Shown piece after piece: positions 56,624 to 64,000 of a DNA stretch of 64,000 nucleotides. The notes beneath the pieces were generated by a model that saw nothing but the letters and a program-made list of their open reading frames with translations, was not told the DNA's origin and made no database searches. Positions within the stretch are counted from its first letter, which is position 1; each line of letters starts with the position of its first letter. Both the position numbers and the translations under genes were made by a program. Source of the DNA: Pseudovirgaria hyperparasitica (taxonomy: Eukaryota); assembly GCA_010093815.1 (NCBI GenBank), contig ML996566.1. One strand, 5' to 3'.

Positions 56624-59600
56624 ATGTCCTGTCAAGACTCAAGCTTCGGTCCTACAATCACAGGATGTCGCTCCGGATTCGACTTCACTCTGTACTTTCA
56701 GTATGTGATATTATCCGCACTGCCGTCATTGGTTTTCATATTCGCAGCACTGGCGAGGATATTCCAATTATGGCAGCGAAAACCTGTTTTGGGTGGTCGG
56801 AGATTGCAGACACTGAAGCTGGTTCGCATAATGTAATACCTCTAGCGTAGTCCAATACTAAATCCAGTCAGATCACCAATTTATTATTTTTTGCTGCACG
56901 ACCAGCAATACTGGGGACTGGACTCACGTACTCTGGATCATTACGGTGGAGCTTCTCACTGTCCGTTGGCTTATCAATATTTTGCGCTCTTCTCTTCATC
57001 GTTCTGTCTTTTCTTGAACACGAGAAAAGCATTCGTCCATCTACGATCCTCGTCACGTATATGGCCTTCACGATATTGTGCGATGCGGTCTGTATCCGGA
57101 CCTATTGGCTTATGCAAGTTCCTGTCGGCTTGTTCAGCTCCCTGGTTACTTCCACTGCGCTGAAACTTGTGATCATGAGCCTCGAGAGTATCGAGAAGAG
57201 GAAATATATTCCTGTAGGAATGCGGCCTCAGAATCCGGAAATGACGAGCGGTATAGCTGCTATCATCACCTTCTTTTGGCTGAATCCTTTGTTGTGGATC
57301 GGTGCACAACGAGATCTTCGTTCTTGTGACCTGTACAACCTAGACTCGGAACTTGGGACTGACGATGCTGCTGCCAAGTTTGCGCGAGTTTGGAAAGACA
57401 CAGCTCAGCGACATATTAAGGCCCGAAGCATTCGGTCACTTTTATGGATGCTGAAGTGGAAGATATTGGGTACAATTCCTCCTCGGATTACTCTCCTAAT
57501 CCTCACGGTATGCTCACCTCTCGCCCTAAAGAATCTCTTGAATTATTTGCAAGAACATGAGCGGTATTCGTCTGCTCTAGGCTACGGCTTCATATTAGCT
57601 TTTGCACTGATCTACCTCGGTATAGCGGTGTCCACAGGTCTCTACTGGTATAACCACTTTCGTGTCATAACAATCGTACGAGCGTGTCTGGTATCAGCAA
57701 TCAGTAGCAAAGCTGGAACTATCGACAATGCTTCCGCAAAAGATCCACAGGCCACCTTAACTCTTATGAGTTCAGATGTGGAGCGTGTTGTAGAGGGACT
57801 ACGCACGGCGCATGAGCTTTGGGCCAATGTTCTACAAGTCGCTGTCGCAACATACCTCCTCTCAAGAGAAGTAGGCGTTGCCTGCGTAATACCTGTTCTT
57901 GTAGCAATCATGGCATCTACTGTATCTACTTGGGTCAGCAATCTTGCGAATGGACGACAAATTGACTGGATGGCCCTTTTGCAATCGCGAATCGGAGTAA
58001 GCTCAAATACTTTACTTGCCATCAAAAGTGTAAAGATGCGAGGCCTAGAATCAACACTCCGTGGAATTATCGTACGACTCCGCCGCGCGGAACTACACGA
58101 GGCCAATCGATTCCGTTTTATGGGTGTATTCACGGTCTTCTTTGGCTACGCGCCAGAGTTGCTTTCGCCAGTCCTGACCTTTCTGGTCGTATTAGTGCGC
58201 ACAGGTTCACTGGACGCCACCACGGCATTTACAACGCTTTCGTTGATCCAAATTCTGGCCCAGCCACTAAATCTATCTTTGCAGAATCTGCCTTTCTTTG
58301 CATCGACGTTTGGGTGCTTGGAGCGAATTGATGAATATCTCGAGTCAACTGACTGGATAGATCCTCGAGCTAGATCTGAGAATGAGAAGCACTCGGTACC
58401 GATCAGAGATCATTCAACTCAGGAAAAACTACCTCGCGAATCATTTGACCATAGTTCGTACGTCAGCTCTAAGGCCATTGCTTTCGAAGGCGCGTCATTT
58501 GCGTATGATGGTCAGCCTGAGACACTCAGGGACATCGTGGCAAGTGTTGCATTTGGAGACCTAGTTTGTATCATCGGCCCTGTAGCTTGTGGCAAAACGA
58601 CGTTCTGCAAAGCAATTCTCGGTGAAATTGCTCCCAAACTTGGCAGTTGCTACATATCCAGCCCGCATGGTAAACGCTCAGTCTCATACTGTAGCCAAGA
58701 GCCTTTCATCAGGAATCGCACGGTCAAAGAGAATGTCATCATGTACTCAGATTTCGATGCCAGCTGGTACGAGACCGTCAGTCAAGCATGTGGACTAACC
58801 AGAGAGTCATCTGGTCTATCAGAAGGAGATATGACCATTGCCGGCAGCGATGGTGCAAGGCTAAGTGGCGGTCAAAAGCAAAGGATTGCGGTCGCACGGG
58901 CACTATACGCTCGCAATTCTATAATGATATGCGACGACGTGCTTAGTGGACTAGACGGTACAAGCGCTTGGAATCTCTTCCAGGGTGTTTTTGGCGCCGA
59001 TGGTCTGGCGAAGAAGCTTGGAATAACAGTGGTCTTTGCGACGCATACAGTTCGCTTTCTTCCGTACGCAGATCATGTCATCGTCCTGAGACCGGGCGGA
59101 ACTATCAGTGAGTCAGGAACTTATGACTCTTTGCGGTCCTCTTCAGCATACGTACAAGCCCTCGCAACCTACGACACCACAGAAGTTGAGCTGGCCAAAA
59201 GTGTGGATCCATTGACGCCCTCTTCAGATGGTAAACTTCATGAAGGTGGAGACTCACAACAAACATCGTCGACTAGACTACAAGGCGAGTGGTCCACCTA
59301 TGCCTACTATTTCAACACCATGAAGTCGTACACGCTTATAATTCTTATCATCTTTGCGATTCTCGTGGCTGGCTTCTACGTAGTTCCGTCCTACTGGTTG
59401 AAGGTATGGACAAGCGGTAGTATTGGTAGTGTCGGAGAGTACTCATACTGGGGCGTGTACACATGCTTCCTCTGCACTGCGCTCTTCTCTCTGCCAATCT
59501 TCGAGTATGTTTCCCTCATCCAGGCTGCAACGCAAGCGGGCGTTGCACTGCACGACAGGATCCTACAGTCCGCACTAAATTCTTCGTGGTCACACTTCTC

Positions 59601-61198
59601 CCGGATCGACGTTGGTTCAATCACGAATCGCTTTTCTCAAGATCTTCAGTTGATTGACGGAGAGCTCCCGTTGGGTCTCCAGAATCTCATTCTGAGCATT
59701 CTCCTAGCTCTTGGTCAAGCCATTCTAATCGCTGTTGCAGCGCCATATGTAGCCATATCATTTCCATTCATTATAGTCATACTTGCAGTTGTCCAGAGGT
59801 TCTATCTTCGCACCTCACGACAGCTCAGAATCATGGACTTGGAAGCCAAGAGCCCGTTGTATACACATTTCACAGAAGTGATCAAAGGCTGTTCGACGAT
59901 TCGAGCGTTTGGATGGACCTTGGAGTCTAATAAGGAGCTGCTTGAACTTCTCGAATCCTCACAAAAGCCGTTCTATCTGCTCAACATGGCTCAAAGATGG
60001 CTCACATTCGTCCTTGATGTAATTGTCGCGATTATTACCGCGCTGATTGTCGCCATCGCAGTGACCCTGCGGTCTTCAAGCGGGTCAGTCGGAGTTGCGT
60101 TGACGCAAGTCATGTCGACTAGTCTAATATTGCGTACTATCATTCTCACGTGGACTCGTGTCGAACAAAGTCTCGGGGCAGTAAGCCGCATCCAAGACTT
60201 TGCAAAGAACACGCCATCGGAGCACCTCGAGTCCGAAAACCATGAGCCTTCACAGCGATGGCCCAAGTCTGGTGAAATCGTATTCCAGAATCTTTCAGCA
60301 ATCTACACGTAGACATACCCTGCCCTGGAGATTTCTTTTTATCTCGTGCTAATGCAATTCCAGGTCCCGTCCACATCAGCCAGCTATCAAACAGATCAGA
60401 GGCACCATATCTGATGGTCTCAAAGTGGGCATTTGCGGTGGCAGTGGCAGGTAAGCCGTTGGGCATCTCAGAGTGAAATCAAGCTAACACGGAGAAAATT
60501 ACACAGCGGGAAATCCTCCTTACTACTTGCCATCCTGCACATTCTCGAATTCCAGACCGGCAGCATCGAAATAGACGGCGTGGACATTCGCTCCGTGCCA
60601 CGAGGCCGCCTCCGCCGAGCCCTCAACACCATCTCCCAAGAACCGCTCTTGCTCACAGGCACAATCCGACTAAACCTCGACCCCGAAGGCCAATGTCCCG
60701 ACTCCCAGCTCCTCGCAGCGCTCGCAAAGGTCGACCTCCTAGCATTCGTCGAGCGCGAAGGAGGTCTTGACGCCGCAATGAAGCCCGAAAGCTATAGCAG
60801 CGGCCAGCGCCAGCTCTTCTCGCTCGCATCAGCCATTCTGCGAAGAAGCAAGATTGTCCTGATTGACGAAGCAACCAGCAAGTAAGCTCATATGACCCTT
60901 CTTTCCTTCGTGTATGTTCTCTGACGGCAGTATCATTTCTAGCACGGACGCGCAGACGGACCAGCTTATGCGGAGCGTCATCGCGACGGAGTTTGCAGAT
61001 TGCACCGTTGTCACAGTCGCGCATCGTCTGGATGCTATTGCGGATTGCGACCAGGTGATTGTGATGGGTCACGGGTGTGTCCTGGAATGGGACAGCCCGG
61101 CGAGCCTCCTGGCCAGAGACTCGGAGTTTAGGAAGCTGTGGATGAAGCAAGCCAGAGCGCCAACAAGGTCGGGGACGGGCTTGAACAGCATAGAATAA
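56624..61198 (+). CDS. ABC transporter, ABCC/MRP type, 5 exons (56624-56821, 56872-60308, 60364-60450, 60507-60881, 60943-61198)
   Basis: N-terminal DSSFGP...FDFTLYF. NBD1 has GPVACGKT, LSGGQKQR and ICDD. Also NRFSQD and RTSRQLRIMDLEAKSPLY. NBD2 has GGSGSGKSS, YSSGQRQ, LIDEATS and VAHRL. Confidence 0.95.
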
Positions 61199-61399
61199 GT
61201 ACTCTGTGGACAGGCATAAATGTAGCGGAACGTCGCGCTCGGAAGGGGGCAAGCCATGAATGGTGATGTTTTGACTTATTTTGTTACGCCATTATGAAAT
61301 TATGAGTCGGTCATATGCTGTTAAGAAGAGCGCTGTAGCTCAACAACAAGCCCCTACAAACGTCGACACCTCTGCTGGTGCCGAAGCCAAGCATATCAA

Positions 61400-62500
61400 A
61401 GTGGCAGGACAGCTATACAAGCAATGAATCCAAGAAACTCACCGCAGTGTATTCACGATAGCCAAACAAGCATACCAACAGTAGCACTCACCAACAAACT
61501 GACATCATACAATCACATTCAATCACAAAACCTGAACCAAACAAATACTTACTTAATCCCCATCAGAAAAAGCACGCTTCCAACAAGATAGCAATCCCGC
61601 TTCATGGGTATATATACGATCATCATCTAATGCTCCGTTGCACTAATCAAGCATTCACGGCCAATGTTTACATGAAAGTTATCTAATATCCTGAATCGAC
61701 ATGCACGTTTGGATTTTGACCTGGGTAACACTCCCCGGAAGCATGTACGAAATGAGCTCCTTGGCGGGGAACTGATTTGTTATTGGTATAGTATCTTGGT
61801 TTGGTTATATAGAGTGTTATTATTTTGAATATACATATATATATATATGCATGCATTATCAAAGAAACTCTATCTTAAAGCTACGAGCAATAGCTACTTG
61901 ATGCTAGACGGATAGCCACATACAGCCACATATACAAATCACCCACACAATAAACATTAAATACGTCACTATTCTTGTTATACAAGACACTGATATATCT
62001 ATCTAGTACCTCTATGTAGGTAGGATATTGCCCCCACGCCGTGAAGATCTCCACGAGTCATGGCTTATAGTACATATATAGTTACCACGTGTGGGGGTCA
62101 TGTCATGTAGGGTTATAGATAGGTATTTTATTCGAAGTTTTGTGTGGATTGCTTGCGTAGGTATTTTTTGGGTCTGTGTAGATAGATATAACTAAATACT
62201 GTATTGATGCGGATAGATTTGAAGTAATTTATCTGATGATAGGGTATATGGTGTATATATAAGACCTTTAGATAGGTGTCACATGGTATGATATCGATGT
62301 TTAGATCTAGACTGTATGAATTTGATCTTTTGGCTTGGTTTGTTGTATCTACCTGCAACTTCCTTGCTTTAATCTTGTGTATACGCTAATATTTAGGACT
62401 GTTAATATCTTTTGGCGGAGAAGGTATGGTTTGCTTCTTCGCTGGATGGGCTACCTAGAGAGATTCGTCATGTGTCGTATTATTCGTGGCGTCATCTCGG
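61400..62500. other. AT/TpA-rich non-coding tract including a (TA)n run
   Basis: Visibly AT-rich relative to the flanking genes, with atatacatatatatatatat at ~61829-61848 and no credible ORF. Confidence 0.55.
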
Positions 62501-62651
62501 CATATCTATTGATGTAGGCCTTTGCGTTGCATCGTAGATTCATGGCCATCAATGCCACTCGTTGGGTAATTTACGCAAGAGCATTCCGCTGCTTGAACTG
62601 TTTTGGACGAGTACGTCCTTCGCGAGATGTACTGCTGACCCCAGACCAACC

Positions 62652-63422
62652 TCACCTCCACCCCCCAACCCTGCCCTCATCCCACCTCTCCTTCCGCTCC
62701 CTCCTCAACCACGCCGTCTTCCGACCCTCCCTATACCTCCTCACAAACTCTCCCACCTCCCGCTCACTAGCCAAGCCCTGCTCGTCAAGGAAGCTCTCCT
62801 CTAGCCCGCGGCAAAGCGCATCCTGTTCGCCCGCCGCCGCGCTCAAACGCTGATACAGACTCGGCGGACTGAACTCTTGCAACGCCGTGTCCTGCTCAGC
62901 CTGCTTTGCGCGCCATTGTCGTTCGAGTGCACGTAGTGAGAGGAGGCGTGATTGCGTGCTTTGCCGCTGGTGTGAGAGGCGCGACTCGAGATCTTTGAGA
63001 GAGGAGGCGAGGGAGAGGTTTGCGGAGAGGAGGGCGCGGATGGGCTGTGCGGAGGCGGGGAGGGAGGGGTGTGTTGTATCGGGAGACTGGGCGAGGGCGG
63101 CGAGGAGGTCTGGGTCGGAGAGGAGCGTGTGAAGGTCGGTTGTGGTTTTGTCAGTTAGTGAATTGGGGAGCCAGCCTTCTTCGGGGCGTTGGATGATGGG
63201 TGTGGATTCTTGGGGTTGTTGGTAGATTTGAGGATGGCTCTGGGTGGGAGGAGCGGTGGAGTCGCATCGTGATGATTGTTCGGGGGGTGGAGGAGGTAGA
63301 GGAGGGCCGGATAGAGGTGTTGCTTGGCCGCTTGATTGCACGGATGGCTTTGGTGGTGGAGGTGGAGGCGGAGGAGTTGAGGGATCGTGGAAGTGAGCAG
63401 GATTGGGTGATTGGTAGGACAT
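62652..63422 (-). CDS. VPS37: ESCRT-I subunit Vps37 (Mod(r) domain)
   Basis: Pro-rich N-terminus, coiled coil, and C-terminal FSPPSLYQRL...LEESFL...FVRRYREGRK...RRERKERWDEGRVGGWR. Confidence 0.8.
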   Translation of the reverse strand: MSYQSPNPAHFHDPSTPPPPPPPPKPSVQSSGQATPLSGPPLPPPPPEQSSRCDSTAPPTQSHPQIYQQPQESTPIIQRPEEGWLPNSLTDKTTTDLHTLLSDPDLLAALAQSPDTTHPSLPASAQPIRALLSANLSLASSLKDLESRLSHQRQSTQSRLLSLRALERQWRAKQAEQDTALQEFSPPSLYQRLSAAAGEQDALCRGLEESFLDEQGLASEREVGEFVRRYREGRKTAWLRRERKERWDEGRVGGWR

Positions 63423-64000
63423 GATCGTGCAGTTTCTGATATGGTCCGAAGTGAGTAGGTCTTCTAGAAGGCTGAATAATGGAATGCTTCGTTACGTGTC
63501 TATCCGCACAGTGTTATGGCGTCTTATGATTGGTGCGCATTGTCGGAGTGTATATGACGCTTGAGTGCTATAGCTGGCCAGTCGGCTTATCGTTGATCCT
63601 GACCCGAATGCGCGCACGTTCCCTCCCGAGAAGCTAAGCTTTCAGCACGGATGCAGGCTTACCGCATCAAGTGCACAAGAACTCACAACAACAGTGCTGC
63701 ATACTTCAGAGAGAATCGTGACCGTTTCATGCTCCGAGCTTCCTGTATGCCGCGGATGTCTCCATAAATGATTGTTACTGGCATCTGGGCAACTCAGGGG
63801 TTTTCCGTTTGTCTGTCTGGCGAGTGACCCATGGAACTGATCAATGTACATCGCCCATTAATGGAACTGGAACCCTTGGGCGATGACCTACACATCTTTA
63901 CTACTGTGGAGCGTCATAGCAGGAGGACCTTATAGAAAAAACGTGACTAACAGCTGTAGATCAGCAAGTATGAAGCCGTCACATGTCTTGCGAGGCGCTA

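Noticed and set aside
61329..61400. tRNA-like start GCGCTGTAGCTCAA
   Set aside because: No D-loop GG, T-loop (GTTC) or acceptor-stem complement follows.
34600..62500. Starship or other giant mobile element carrying the NRPS
   Set aside because: No tyrosine-recombinase captain, transposase or terminal direct/inverted repeats were recognised.
63430..64000. Possible gene start near the window end (branch/acceptor GACTAAC...TAG at ~63945-63959, then ATG)
   Set aside because: Too little sequence remains to support a call.
1..64000. CRISPR array, rRNA or prokaryotic operons
   Set aside because: The sequence is eukaryotic with spliceosomal introns, and no regular repeat-spacer or rRNA signatures were seen.

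Overview
Gene-dense, intron-containing genomic DNA from a filamentous ascomycete (short GT-AG introns with CTAAC/CTGAC branch sites). The first ~33 kb is mostly housekeeping genes: TMA46, OST4, RPL26, TMA7, NAS6, SGM1, SAS10, TSC10, FYV6, an aldo-keto reductase, two SDRs and a DHA1-type MFS. It also holds a divergent GCN5-type acetyltransferase, an HExxH protein and a degenerate Ras-fold protein. From ~34.6 to 61.2 kb lies a compact secondary-metabolite island: a DUF6604-like gene, an intron-free four-module NRPS of ~4,830 aa, an MFS exporter and an ABCC/MRP exporter. An AT-rich tract and VPS37 follow. The main point of interest is the NRPS architecture, C-A-T-C-A-T-C-A-T-C-A-T-E. It begins with a condensation domain and ends on an epimerase, with no TE, R or terminal C release domain and no visible acyl-donor or tailoring genes. 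This suggests head-to-tail (circularly permuted or iterative) assembly. All family calls rest on motifs recognised by eye; no database search was run.
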